Source of the DNA: Pyrinomonadaceae bacterium
Lineage (GTDB): Bacteria; Acidobacteriota; Blastocatellia; Pyrinomonadales; Pyrinomonadaceae
Assembly (NCBI GenBank): GCA_036387135.1
Contig: DASVUH010000007.1
Coordinates: forward strand, 2,105-66,104
DNA: 64,000 bases
Reading direction: 5' to 3'
How positions within the stretch are numbered: position 1 is the stretch's first letter; each line of letters opens with the position of its first letter. The notes under the pieces were generated by a model that saw only the letters and a list, made by a program, of their open reading frames with translations, ran no database searches and was not told the origin of the DNA. This document shows positions 18,374 through 27,731 of the stretch, piece after piece. Position numbers and translations under genes: made by a program.

Positions 18374-19669
18374 CTACTTTTGCTGCCGCAATTTTATCAC
18401 TTCATCGAGTATTTTGTGTGCAGCTTCGTACTTTGAAACGAGCGGCAGAGCCAGCGGTTTTGTTCCGTTTTTCGATAAAATCGTGATTTGATTTGTGTCC
18501 GCGCCAAAACCGGAATCGGAGCGCGAAACATCGTTGGCGACAATTAAATCCAAATTTTTCGCAATCAATTTTTGCCCGGCGTGTTCCAAAACATTTTCGG
18601 TTTCGGCGGCAAATCCGACGACCAGCAAATTCTCGCCGCGCTTTGCCGAAACATCCGCCAAAATGTCCGGCGTTTTTTCGAGTTCAAGAATCAAATCGGC
18701 GTTTTTCTTTTTGATTTTCTCACCTTCGCGTTTTTTCGGACGATAATCGGCAACCGCCGCAGCCGCAATAAAAACCGTAGCATTTTCAATTTCGCTCAAA
18801 ACCGCCCGGTGCATTTCTTCGGCTGAAAAGCCCCGCACGACTTTTACGTTTTCGGGCAATTCGACGCTGACAGTTCCAGCAACCAAAACAACTTCCGCGC
18901 CTCTTTCGCTTGCCGCTTTCGCCAGCGCGACGCCCATTTTTCCGCTTGAATAATTCGAAATGAAACGCACCGGATCAATTTCCTCGCGCGTCGCTCCGGC
19001 GGTTATTAAAATCCTTTCGGATTTAAGGTCTTCGGTCTTCGGTCTTCGGTCTTCGGAAATTTTCTCCTCTTCTCCTCTTCTCCTCTTCTCCTCTTCTAAA
19101 ATTTCCAGAGCGCGACGAACAATCACATCCGGTTCGCTCAAACGACCGGGTCCGACGGTTTTGCAAGCCATTTCGCCCGTGTCGGGTTCGACAAAATGCG
19201 CGCCGTCTCGCCGCAGTTGTTCCAAATTGCGCTGCGTTGCCGGATGCAAGAGCATTTGCGTGTTCATCGCCGGAGCGATTAAAACCGGCGCGGTGGCGGC
19301 GAGATAAGCGGTTGAAAGAAAATCATCGGCAATTCCGTTGGTAAATTTGGCAATGATGTTGGCGGTGGCGGGCGCGATTAAAAGCAAATCAATGTTTTGC
19401 GAAAAATTGATGTGAGCAATCGGGTCTGGATTTTCGGGCGCGTAATCGTCAACCAAAACGTATTTTTCGGTCAGAGCGCGAAAGGTTAAAGGCTGAACGA
19501 ATTCGGTTGCATGGCGCGTCATCGCCACCTGTACTTCGCAGCCGGCTTTTTGCAGCCCGCGCAAAACCTCGACCGCTTTGTAAGCCGCGATTCCGCCCGC
19601 AACTCCCAATCCGACGCGCCATTTTTTATTCTTCTCGTTCATTGCTCGAACCGTTCGCAAATGTAGCAT
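18374..19669 (-). CDS. coaBC: Bifunctional phosphopantothenoylcysteine decarboxylase / phosphopantothenate-cysteine ligase CoaBC (Dfp). The interdomain linker carries repeat insertions.
   Basis: N-terminal flavoprotein motif RVGLGVAGGIAAYKA and a C-terminal CoaB domain (~431 aa total). Linker EEEKRRRGEEEKISEDRRPKTEDLK is encoded by the STR arrays. Confidence 0.9.
   Translation of the reverse strand: MLHLRTVRAMNEKNKKWRVGLGVAGGIAAYKAVEVLRGLQKAGCEVQVAMTRHATEFVQPLTFRALTEKYVLVDDYAPENPDPIAHINFSQNIDLLLIAPATANIIAKFTNGIADDFLSTAYLAATAPVLIAPAMNTQMLLHPATQRNLEQLRRDGAHFVEPDTGEMACKTVGPGRLSEPDVIVRRALEILEEEKRRRGEEEKISEDRRPKTEDLKSERILITAGATREEIDPVRFISNYSSGKMGVALAKAASERGAEVVLVAGTVSVELPENVKVVRGFSAEEMHRAVLSEIENATVFIAAAAVADYRPKKREGEKIKKKNADLILELEKTPDILADVSAKRGENLLVVGFAAETENVLEHAGQKLIAKNLDLIVANDVSRSDSGFGADTNQITILSKNGTKPLALPLVSKYEAAHKILDEVIKLRQQK
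19027..19056. repeat. (GGTCTTC)n heptanucleotide tandem repeat, ~4.3 copies, in-frame in the coaBC linker
   Basis: Read directly from the sequence. Confidence 0.9.
19063..19097. repeat. (CTCCTCTT)n-type CT-rich tandem repeat, ~4 copies, adjacent to the GGTCTTC array inside coaBC
   Basis: Read directly. A similar CT-rich tract recurs in the exosortase gene at 58922..58957. Confidence 0.85.
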
Positions 19670-19768
19670 TTACGCCGCCACGACTGCAAAATCTCTTTGC
19701 AAGTGCCGACTGGATTTGTGCTAAACTTGCAAGACGAAACCGTTTTATTTAAAAGTTCGTCGGACGTT

Positions 19769-20419
19769 ATGCGATTAGTGTCGAAAAGTTTGGTTGTCTT
19801 TGTTTTGCTGTTGACTGCGGCTTTAATGGCGCCTGCGCAAACGACGAAATCGAAAAAACAAATTCAGAAAAAATTCGGTCCGAACGTCCAAGCTTATCTT
19901 GATTATCTCGAAACGGAATTAACAGTCACCGACGCGCGCGAAAGCCAGCGCGAAGTCAGTGCAGAATACATTCGACATAATTTTAACCGCGTTACCGCGC
20001 TGCGCCAGTTTGCCATCAAGCTCGCCAACGAATCCGATGTTGATTACGTGCCGGAAATGGAAGCAATCGTCGAACGTGAGTTTCATCTGCTTTTTTCCGA
20101 AAACGCGCCGAAACCGGCAACTTTAAAAGCCGGGGAAATTTACGACTCTTACCGATTTTTAGGCAGCGTCCGCAACCACGAAGTTTTCTATATTTTCTCG
20201 CGGCTCGATCCGTTTGAAGAAGAAGCCCTGAAACCGAAATCGCAAAACACGCCAAACGCCGCCGCGCCGAAAACCGAACCGATAAATCCGCCTAAAACCG
20301 GGATCAAAACCGCCGCTGAACCCAAACCGGAAACGCCAAAGGAACAAATAACACGCGAAAGAATTTTGTACGGTGCCGACGGCAAACCCCAAAACCGTGA
20401 AAAACAACCGAACAAGTAA
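19769..20419 (+). CDS. Hypothetical secreted protein with a Pro/Lys-rich C-terminal tail
   Basis: Signal peptide MRLVSKSLVVFVLLLTAALMAPAQ (start chosen at the internal ATG 19769). No recognisable domain. Confidence 0.5.
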   Translation: MRLVSKSLVVFVLLLTAALMAPAQTTKSKKQIQKKFGPNVQAYLDYLETELTVTDARESQREVSAEYIRHNFNRVTALRQFAIKLANESDVDYVPEMEAIVEREFHLLFSENAPKPATLKAGEIYDSYRFLGSVRNHEVFYIFSRLDPFEEEALKPKSQNTPNAAAPKTEPINPPKTGIKTAAEPKPETPKEQITRERILYGADGKPQNREKQPNK

Positions 20420-20430
20420 GCTTAAAGACG

Positions 20431-21039
20431 ATGATTGCCCAACCCAAACAAAAATATACGCTCGAAGAATACCTGGAGCTTGAGGAAAAATCGGAAGAAA
20501 AATTCGAATATTGGGACGGAAACGTCTGGACGATGAGCGGCGCCAGTCTGGCTCATAACACGATTGTTCTCAATATCGGGAGCGAGCTGCGAACAGGTCT
20601 GCATCCGCTCGGCTGCCGCGCCTTTCCTTCGGATATGCGAATTTTCGTGCCGGATTATCCGCCGCATCGCTACCCTGATGTGACCGCTTTGTGCGGCAGA
20701 CCTGAAATCAAGAAAACGGGCAATCTTGAGCTTTTGACAAATCCGCAATTAATTGTCGAAGTTTTGTCGGACTCGACCGAAGGTTTTGACCGCGGCGATA
20801 AATTTTCTTATTACAAATCAATCGAAAGCTTTACCGAGTATTTGCTCGTAGCGCAACACCGACCGCACGTTTCGCAGTTTATCAAACAAGGCGAAAAATT
20901 TTGGAATCACACCGAATACAACGATTTGGAAGAAGCTGTTGCGCTCCGATTCGCTCCGAGCGAAATTAAGCTCAGCGAGATTTACCGCGAAGTCGAATTT
21001 ACGGAAAGACCGTTTTTTGACGACTCGATTATCAAATGA
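20431..21039 (+). CDS. Uma2 family endonuclease (DUF820, restriction-endonuclease-like fold)
   Basis: Characteristic Uma2 N-terminus YTLEEYLELEEKSEEKFEYWDG..V..M.GAS..HN and acidic core residues. 202 aa. Confidence 0.75.
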   Translation: MIAQPKQKYTLEEYLELEEKSEEKFEYWDGNVWTMSGASLAHNTIVLNIGSELRTGLHPLGCRAFPSDMRIFVPDYPPHRYPDVTALCGRPEIKKTGNLELLTNPQLIVEVLSDSTEGFDRGDKFSYYKSIESFTEYLLVAQHRPHVSQFIKQGEKFWNHTEYNDLEEAVALRFAPSEIKLSEIYREVEFTERPFFDDSIIK

Positions 21040-21386
21040 ATCAACCGTCGCTTTTCGATGTTCCGACTAAAACCGTTGACGCGGCGCGTCTCGTACTTTA
21101 TGCGCTGGGCGAATTTCAAGCGCGCCGGAAAGTTTTAGCCGAAAGAGAATTGCCGCTCGACCGTCTTCGCGGAGCTTTTCGCCGCGCGGCTGAACATTTT
21201 GAAACGGAAGAATTGCCGGACGAGCAAATTGCCCAAGAGTTGGCAAATCTCGGAGCAAAAATTCAGCGTTTGCCGTCATTCAGAGCCAAACATCCGTTTC
21301 ACGTAACGGTACAAACTGAATTAGCGCAGCGCGCTTTTGAGTTTTATCAACAAGCTGTTTCTCAAAATGCGGAGGCAAAGCAATGA
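21036..21386 (+). CDS. Hypothetical protein (116 aa), translationally coupled on both sides by ATGA overlaps
   Basis: ATGA overlap with the Uma2 stop and with the downstream start. No recognisable domain. Confidence 0.45.
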   Translation: MNQPSLFDVPTKTVDAARLVLYALGEFQARRKVLAERELPLDRLRGAFRRAAEHFETEELPDEQIAQELANLGAKIQRLPSFRAKHPFHVTVQTELAQRAFEFYQQAVSQNAEAKQ

Positions 21387-22243
21387 AAATCACAAAAATC
21401 ACAATTAGCGTTTTCTTTTTAGCATTCTTAATCGGTTATATTTCTGTTCCGCAGACAAAACAAGTTTCTGCGCCAATCGCAATTGTCGATATAACTACTC
21501 AATATTTGCCTTTAGCCAAGAATGAAACGAAGTTTGAGCCTGAAATTTTCGACATTATTGATGTTTGGGAAAATGAGGATAAGTTTAAAATCAAACTGGT
21601 TGACGTCGCCGAACACAATAATACCTTCAGAAAAGACGAAGTTATTGCAAAATCCGGTGAGTCCTGGTTAGGGCTTTTTAAAGAAAACGATCAATATGTT
21701 TTGCGCCACACAACAGTCAAAATAAAGCAAGAACGAAAATTAAGTTATGAAAAAGAAAGCTATGTGCGAATAAAGTTCGGTAATAAATCAGAGCCTGTTT
21801 TTCTGTTAAAAAATGCGAAGAAATTAAAAGAGGGCGAAGTCAAGACATTATATCGTCACCCATCGCAGGAAGAAAGAGAGCAATTTGAGATTGAACCGCC
21901 TTCACTAAAGCAAGGATTTATTCGGCAATTTCAACTGGGGGATAAAAAATACACGTTACGTGTCAAAGAAGGTCTGACTAAATCGAACGAAAAAAGTTTG
22001 GCTTTGATTTTGGAAACTGAAAATACAAGCCAGGTTATTCACGTCGTTTACGGAGAACCGGGCAACGTAGTCGGAGATTTGCTTTGGGTTGGAGATTTGG
22101 ATCGCGACGGAAAACTCGATTTGTATATGGATTTTTATAATTATGAAAAAGGCAGTTTCGGTTCAGGTCTTTTTCTTTCATCAGAAGCAAAAAAAAGACA
22201 AATAGTAAAACAAGCAGCTTATTTCGGAACGGCTGGCTGCTAA
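21383..22243 (+). CDS. Hypothetical membrane-anchored or secreted protein, markedly low GC (~37%), with one DxDxDGxxD Ca-binding-like loop
   Basis: N-terminal hydrophobic anchor ITISVFFLAFLIGYISV. DLDRDGKLDL motif near the C-terminus. AT-rich codon usage differs from flanking genes. Confidence 0.5.
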   Translation: MKITKITISVFFLAFLIGYISVPQTKQVSAPIAIVDITTQYLPLAKNETKFEPEIFDIIDVWENEDKFKIKLVDVAEHNNTFRKDEVIAKSGESWLGLFKENDQYVLRHTTVKIKQERKLSYEKESYVRIKFGNKSEPVFLLKNAKKLKEGEVKTLYRHPSQEEREQFEIEPPSLKQGFIRQFQLGDKKYTLRVKEGLTKSNEKSLALILETENTSQVIHVVYGEPGNVVGDLLWVGDLDRDGKLDLYMDFYNYEKGSFGSGLFLSSEAKKRQIVKQAAYFGTAGC

Positions 22244-22271
22244 AATAAAAAACAAATGAACAAGGGGTTTT

Positions 22272-23174
22272 ATGAACAAATATGTCGATTTATGGCGTTA
22301 TGTCGGACGAGTCAAACCGGAAATAGAAACATCTTTGCGCGAAAATCTGCCGCTCGCGCCCGCCGCGCTCGGAACGGATTTTAACGATGCTCTCGTTTAC
22401 GCGATGTTTCCCGGCGGCAAACGTCTGCGTCCGGTTTTAACTCTTCTGGCTGCCGAATTGGTCGGCGGCGAGCGTGAAAAGATTTTGCCAGCCGCTGCCG
22501 CGGTCGAATTTGTTCACACCAGCTCTTTGATTTTCGACGATTTGCCGTGTATGGACGATGCCGACGAACGGCGCGGCAAATCTTGTCTGCACCGGAAATT
22601 CGGCGAAGGAAACGCTGTTTTAGTCGCGCTCGCTTTGCTCAATGCTTCGTATAATCTGGTTTTCGCCGGAATGAAAAACGATTGTACGATGTGCGCGACG
22701 GCGGCAATCAAAGCGCATCGAGAATTAACCGAATGCATCGGGGCGGCGGGAATGGTCGGCGGGCAATCAATTGATTTGGCAGCCGCTAAGTCAGACGCTG
22801 TTGCGCCGGAAAAATTTGAATCGCTCAGAAATTTGAAAACGTCGGCGTTGATGCGTATGGCGCTGAGTTTGGGCGCGATTCTTTCAGGCGCAAACGAAAA
22901 TCAGTTAAACGCGCTCTCGCGTTTCGCAGAATTGCTCGGCGACGCTTATCAAACGAGCGACGATTTGCTCGATTTGCAGGAAGATTTACACATTTCGCAA
23001 ATTACCGAACGACGCGCGGGCTTAGCTCTCACACAAGGCGCAATGAGAGCGCAAATCAGAGTCGGAAATTTAATCTCAACGGCGAAAGACGTTTTGTTGA
23101 CCGAGTTCGACAGGCGCGAGCCGGCGAATATGCTGTGCGAGATGGCTGATTATGTCGCCGAGCGACGCGTTTGA
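22272..23174 (+). CDS. Polyprenyl synthetase family protein (GGPP synthase CrtE-like)
   Basis: FARM with bacterial GGPPS-type insertion FDDLPCMDDADERRG and a second Asp-rich motif YQTSDDLLD. Confidence 0.8.
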   Translation: MNKYVDLWRYVGRVKPEIETSLRENLPLAPAALGTDFNDALVYAMFPGGKRLRPVLTLLAAELVGGEREKILPAAAAVEFVHTSSLIFDDLPCMDDADERRGKSCLHRKFGEGNAVLVALALLNASYNLVFAGMKNDCTMCATAAIKAHRELTECIGAAGMVGGQSIDLAAAKSDAVAPEKFESLRNLKTSALMRMALSLGAILSGANENQLNALSRFAELLGDAYQTSDDLLDLQEDLHISQITERRAGLALTQGAMRAQIRVGNLISTAKDVLLTEFDRREPANMLCEMADYVAERRV

Positions 23175-23177
23175 CCG

Positions 23178-24155
23178 ATGGAATCAATCGCCGCTAAAAA
23201 CTTTCCGCAAACTCCGTTTGAATCGCGCGCCGAACTCGAACGCGCTTATGAGTTTTGCCGCCAAATCACCAAAAAACACGCCAAAAGTTTTTATTTCAGC
23301 GCGCGTTTCTTAAAAAAAGAAAAGCGCCAGCCGATTTACGCGCTTTACGCGCTTTGTCGTCTGGTTGACGACGAAGTTGACGCCATAGAAGTCGGAAGCG
23401 AGCGCGAAGCAATCAAAGCGGTCGAAATCTGGAAACAAAAGCTTGATGAAATCTACCAAAATGCGGAATTAAATAACAACGAACGACGAACAACGAACGA
23501 CGATCAAACTCTGGTTTTGCTCGCCTGGCGAGAGATGTTGAAAAAGTATCGAATCCGGCAGGAACTGCCGCTCGAACTAATGCGCGGCGTGGTTCAGGAC
23601 ACGCACGTCAAGCGTTACGAAAGCTGGCGAGAGCTTTACGTTTATTGTTTTCGCGTGGCTTCGACGGTCGGATTGATGTCTTCGGAGATTTTCGGTTATG
23701 AAAAACCGGAAACTTTGGAATACGCCGAAGCGCTCGGAATTGCGATGCAGTTGACGAATATTTTGCGCGATGTTCGGGAAGACGCGGCGATGAACAGAAT
23801 TTATTTGCCGCAGGAAGATTTGCGGACTTTTAATGTTTCGGAAGAACAGATTTTCGCCGGGCGAGTTGATGATAATTTTATCGCTTTGATGCAATTTGAA
23901 ATCGAGCGCGCGCGCGAATACTACCGAAAAGCCGAGCGTGGAATTCCGCTTCTTGAGAAAGACGCGCGTTTTTGTGTTTTGCTTGCCGCCAGAATTTATG
24001 CGGCGATTTTAAATGAGATCGAACGGCAAAATTACGACGTTTTCGCAGCCCGCGCCCATACTACAAAATTTCAAAAAATACGCGCAATTCCCGGCATTTG
24101 GCGCGAAGCTCGGCGAATGCGACCGGCAATTCAAAATTCCGCAAAATCGCGCTAA
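23178..24155 (+). CDS. Phytoene/squalene synthase family protein (CrtB/HpnD-like). Contains an in-frame heptamer-repeat insertion.
   Basis: YCFRVASTVGLMS and QLTNILRDVREDAAMNRIYLP motifs. 4-nt gap from the upstream polyprenyl synthase gene. Confidence 0.8.
   Translation: MESIAAKNFPQTPFESRAELERAYEFCRQITKKHAKSFYFSARFLKKEKRQPIYALYALCRLVDDEVDAIEVGSEREAIKAVEIWKQKLDEIYQNAELNNNERRTTNDDQTLVLLAWREMLKKYRIRQELPLELMRGVVQDTHVKRYESWRELYVYCFRVASTVGLMSSEIFGYEKPETLEYAEALGIAMQLTNILRDVREDAAMNRIYLPQEDLRTFNVSEEQIFAGRVDDNFIALMQFEIERAREYYRKAERGIPLLEKDARFCVLLAARIYAAILNEIERQNYDVFAARAHTTKFQKIRAIPGIWREARRMRPAIQNSAKSR
23475..23507. repeat. (CRACGAA)n heptanucleotide tandem repeat in-frame in the crtB-like gene (encodes NNNERRTTNDDQ). 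Same unit as the array at 36028..36067.
   Basis: Read directly from the sequence. Confidence 0.85.
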
Positions 24156-27100
24156 TTACTGTTCCGACACCGATTTCAAATTGTCGTCAGGCTGTCTGTC
24201 CACAAGCAGCGCAAACGGATCAATTCCGGCTTTTTCGGGCAGCTCATCAACAGTAAAAGTAAAAGCGTTTTCCGGTTTGTTAATTTTCACGCGCTCGCGG
24301 TGCAGTGTTTTGCCGTAACGCTTGCCGCTTTCGGGCGCGGCGAATGCGCCGATTTCGATGAAATCATCAATCGGAATTTCCTGTTCCAAGCCCTTTTCAT
24401 CGGCTTTTAATTTTTGCGTCAGCACTTTTATTGTCACGTCGAAACGTCCGTCATCGCGTTTTTTTGCAGTCGCTTCGGTCGTGCGGTTAGCGAACAGCGT
24501 GATGTCCTCGAATAAATCTTTGAGCAGATATTGGAATTCCGGCGGGGTTTGGACTTTGAGCGCGTCAGTCAGCGCGTATGAAGTCGGATACGGCGCTTCT
24601 TTGTAAGCGTGTTTTTGAATGATTTCGCGCAAAGCCGCGTTTACTTTGTCCTCGCCGATCATTTCTTTGAGGTAATACATCACGAGACTGCCTTTGTTGT
24701 AATGAATATAGCCTTGATCGGCTTCGACCGTCTGCAAAGGTTGTTCTTTCATCAATTCGCCGCCGCGCCCGCGCAGGTAAGCGTCGGCTTCGTACTGCAA
24801 AAACTTGCGCATCATATCGCGCCCGTATTCTTTTTCCATCACCATCAGCGCCGTGTATTGCGCCAGCGTTTCCGAAAGCAAAGTCGCGCCCTGCATATTC
24901 GCTCCGCAGACTTGATGCGCCCACCATTGATGCCCGATTTCGTGCGCGACAATATAAGTCGCCATATCAATAGCGTCCGGGGTTTCCAAGTTTGCAATAA
25001 AACCGATGCTTTCGGAATAAGGCATCGAGCCGGGAAAGGCTTGCGCGAAGCTGCCGACGCGCGGAAATTCGATAATGCGAAGCTGCTTGTGTTTGTATTC
25101 GCCGAAATTTGCGGTCGCATATTCGTAAGTTCTGCGGAGCGCATTCATCATTTTCGGCACGTTCCATTCGTGACCTTTGTGGTAATAAACTTCGAGGTTG
25201 ACGCCGTTGACGATTTCGCGCGCGACTTCATAACGCGCCGACAAGAACGAATAAAAATTTAAAGCCTTGTGGTCAAGACGATAATGGAAGTAACGCCGCC
25301 CGTTTTCCGTCCATTCCCGAACGAGCGAGCCGGGCGCAATCGCTGTTTGGTCGGCGGCTGTGCTCATCACGGTTTCGACATTTACCCAATCGGAGTTGTT
25401 CGAGATGTATGTGTTCATACAATTCGTCGTGCAGTCGCGTTCGAGTCGCGGCATCAATTCTTTTTCCGGCAAGCCTTGTCTGCGACGGTCGCCGCGCTCT
25501 TGCAGCTCGGTCCCCGGTTGATAACCGATTTGCGGCGCAATCGTGCTGTTGAAAAACGTCCCATTCGTCATTATTTGTTCCTGCGACAAATCGTTTTCAA
25601 ACCCGCGATTGTTGTATTTCACAGTAAAATTCAATTTTACTGTTTCGTTCGGCTGGAGCGCTGGCGAGAGCGTGTAAATTTGATAGTTTAAGCGTTTGTC
25701 GTCCATTTCGAGCGTGGCGCGTTCAAGCTCAATGTCGGTTTCGAAATTGACTGCGAGGTTTAAATGAACTTTATCAACGGGCGCATCGGTTTTGTTTTGC
25801 AGAATCTCTTCGCCGCGCATCACAAGGTCTCGGCGCTCCGGGAAAAGCTCAATATTGTATTTCACATCAACAATTCGCGGCTGCGGCAGATTCTCGTACT
25901 GTTTAAACTGACGTTCATAATCTGCGGCTTTCTTGTGGCGCTCCGGTCTTGCTTCTACTTTGTTGACGACAAGCGTGTTGTAATAAACCCATCCGCCGAT
26001 ACAGAGAAAACCGAGGAAAAACGCCGCTCCGACGTTGCCGATTGTTCCGCGTAAACTGCGGAAAGCCTGACCAAACCGGTTTTTATAATGTGTTTCGCGA
26101 CCGCGCTGCCACAGCGCAGCCGTTCCAGCCGCGAGCAAGCCGCAGAATAAAAACCAGTACAAACCGAACCAGAGAACTTGCGAAAAGTAAGGCGCGATTC
26201 CGTAAAAATCCGAGTAGGTATAATTTGAAAACGCCGCGAAACGAAGCATTTTCGATTCAAACTCGAAATAATTCGCCGTAAATGCGTTGACCATAAAAAC
26301 GACGACGAAGATAAAATAGCCGACGTATTTGTTCGGCGCGAGCGTGTGCGAGAGCATCGCCAGAATCGCCCAAAAGCCGAAAAATAAAAGCTGAAAAAGA
26401 AAGAAATCGCGCGCGTAAAGTCCGAGCTGAAAATTATAAAAGCCTTTCAAACTTTGAAACGTCACAGCGCACAAAACATCAAGCGCGAGCAAAATCGCGA
26501 CAATTCCCATCAGCGCGGCGAATTTGGCGCAAAACGAAATCCAGGTCGGAAACGGGAGCGCATCGTAAACTTCGTCGAACTTTGCCTCGCGCTCGCGCCA
26601 AATCATTGCGCCGGAAAAAAACGTGATAATTGCAATCAAAAAAAGCGAGGATGAACCGACCAGCAGGTGAATTATTCTGTAGGTAACAGGCAGAGACGAA
26701 ATGCCGTAACCTTCGCCGGTCGAATGATACAAAGTAACCATTACGTCAATGATTGCAAAGAGCGCAATCACGACAAAAACCGTGCTTTTAACAATCGTCC
26801 GGAAATTTATTTTTACTTCGCTCCAAAATCGCGAAAGATTTGTTGTTGCCGTGTCCGTAAGTTGAACCGATGGAATTCGGGCATAATTTTGCGACAAAAT
26901 TTCTTCATCTTTTGCTTTGCCGCGTTTTGTGCGTTCGGTGAAAGTAAAACGCCAGACCGACACCGCGAGAAAAATCGTCCCGATTCCGACCCACAGCAAG
27001 CGATTTGCCAGCATCCAGCCGGTCAATCCGACGCTCAAATTATTTTTGTCGCTCGCCGTCCAGTATTTTGTCACCATGTTGTAAGTGTTGATGCCAAACG

Positions 27101-27731
27101 GGTCAATCATCATCGCCAGAGTTTGATTGTCCAAATCCTGCAACAACTCGCCCGCCAGCGAATAACCGATGAGCAAAGCAAGAGCGCCGACGAATGAAGC
27201 AATCGTGCTGCGCGTCCAGATTGCGATGGCGAAAATTATCGCGCCGACGAGAAAGGTGTTCGGAACCGCGAAAATGAGAATGCTGTTGAGATGCGCCCAA
27301 AAATTATATGCGGTGTAGCGTTCAGGATCGCTCACTCCGGCGATTAATGACGCGAGGACGATGCCGAGACTGACGCCCAAAATCGGAACGACCGCAACAA
27401 TCACCGAGCCGAAAAATCTGCCGAGCAGATAATCCGTTTTGCGAATCGGAGTGGAGAAAATTATTCCCACCGTATCCTGCGTAAACTCGCGCGTCGCCGC
27501 CGAATTGACGAAAGCGGTCGTCATCAGCAGCGTCACGAACGACATCGCCGCGTAAAAATTTTGAATCACAAACGGCGAGTTACGGAAAGTGTTGTCAACG
27601 CCTCCGCCGATTTGAACGTTGTCGCTCGACGTTGCCAGATAAACCAGAAATGTGACGACGGCGAGAAAAACGTAAACCATCAAACGCCGCATCCAATAGC
27701 GAACTTCAAAGCTAAAAAACGTGGTGAACAT
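24156..27731 (-). CDS. Fusion protein: N-terminal ABC-2-type multi-TM permease domain and C-terminal M1 family (aminopeptidase N-like) zinc metallopeptidase domain
   Basis: ~550 aa of repeated hydrophobic helices, then HEIGHQWW..(18 aa)..LSETLAQY, which is the M1 HEXXH-X18-E motif. Stop/start nearly abut the upstream ABC ATPase gene. Confidence 0.8.
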   Translation of the reverse strand: MFTTFFSFEVRYWMRRLMVYVFLAVVTFLVYLATSSDNVQIGGGVDNTFRNSPFVIQNFYAAMSFVTLLMTTAFVNSAATREFTQDTVGIIFSTPIRKTDYLLGRFFGSVIVAVVPILGVSLGIVLASLIAGVSDPERYTAYNFWAHLNSILIFAVPNTFLVGAIIFAIAIWTRSTIASFVGALALLIGYSLAGELLQDLDNQTLAMMIDPFGINTYNMVTKYWTASDKNNLSVGLTGWMLANRLLWVGIGTIFLAVSVWRFTFTERTKRGKAKDEEILSQNYARIPSVQLTDTATTNLSRFWSEVKINFRTIVKSTVFVVIALFAIIDVMVTLYHSTGEGYGISSLPVTYRIIHLLVGSSSLFLIAIITFFSGAMIWREREAKFDEVYDALPFPTWISFCAKFAALMGIVAILLALDVLCAVTFQSLKGFYNFQLGLYARDFFLFQLLFFGFWAILAMLSHTLAPNKYVGYFIFVVVFMVNAFTANYFEFESKMLRFAAFSNYTYSDFYGIAPYFSQVLWFGLYWFLFCGLLAAGTAALWQRGRETHYKNRFGQAFRSLRGTIGNVGAAFFLGFLCIGGWVYYNTLVVNKVEARPERHKKAADYERQFKQYENLPQPRIVDVKYNIELFPERRDLVMRGEEILQNKTDAPVDKVHLNLAVNFETDIELERATLEMDDKRLNYQIYTLSPALQPNETVKLNFTVKYNNRGFENDLSQEQIMTNGTFFNSTIAPQIGYQPGTELQERGDRRRQGLPEKELMPRLERDCTTNCMNTYISNNSDWVNVETVMSTAADQTAIAPGSLVREWTENGRRYFHYRLDHKALNFYSFLSARYEVAREIVNGVNLEVYYHKGHEWNVPKMMNALRRTYEYATANFGEYKHKQLRIIEFPRVGSFAQAFPGSMPYSESIGFIANLETPDAIDMATYIVAHEIGHQWWAHQVCGANMQGATLLSETLAQYTALMVMEKEYGRDMMRKFLQYEADAYLRGRGGELMKEQPLQTVEADQGYIHYNKGSLVMYYLKEMIGEDKVNAALREIIQKHAYKEAPYPTSYALTDALKVQTPPEFQYLLKDLFEDITLFANRTTEATAKKRDDGRFDVTIKVLTQKLKADEKGLEQEIPIDDFIEIGAFAAPESGKRYGKTLHRERVKINKPENAFTFTVDELPEKAGIDPFALLVDRQPDDNLKSVSEQ

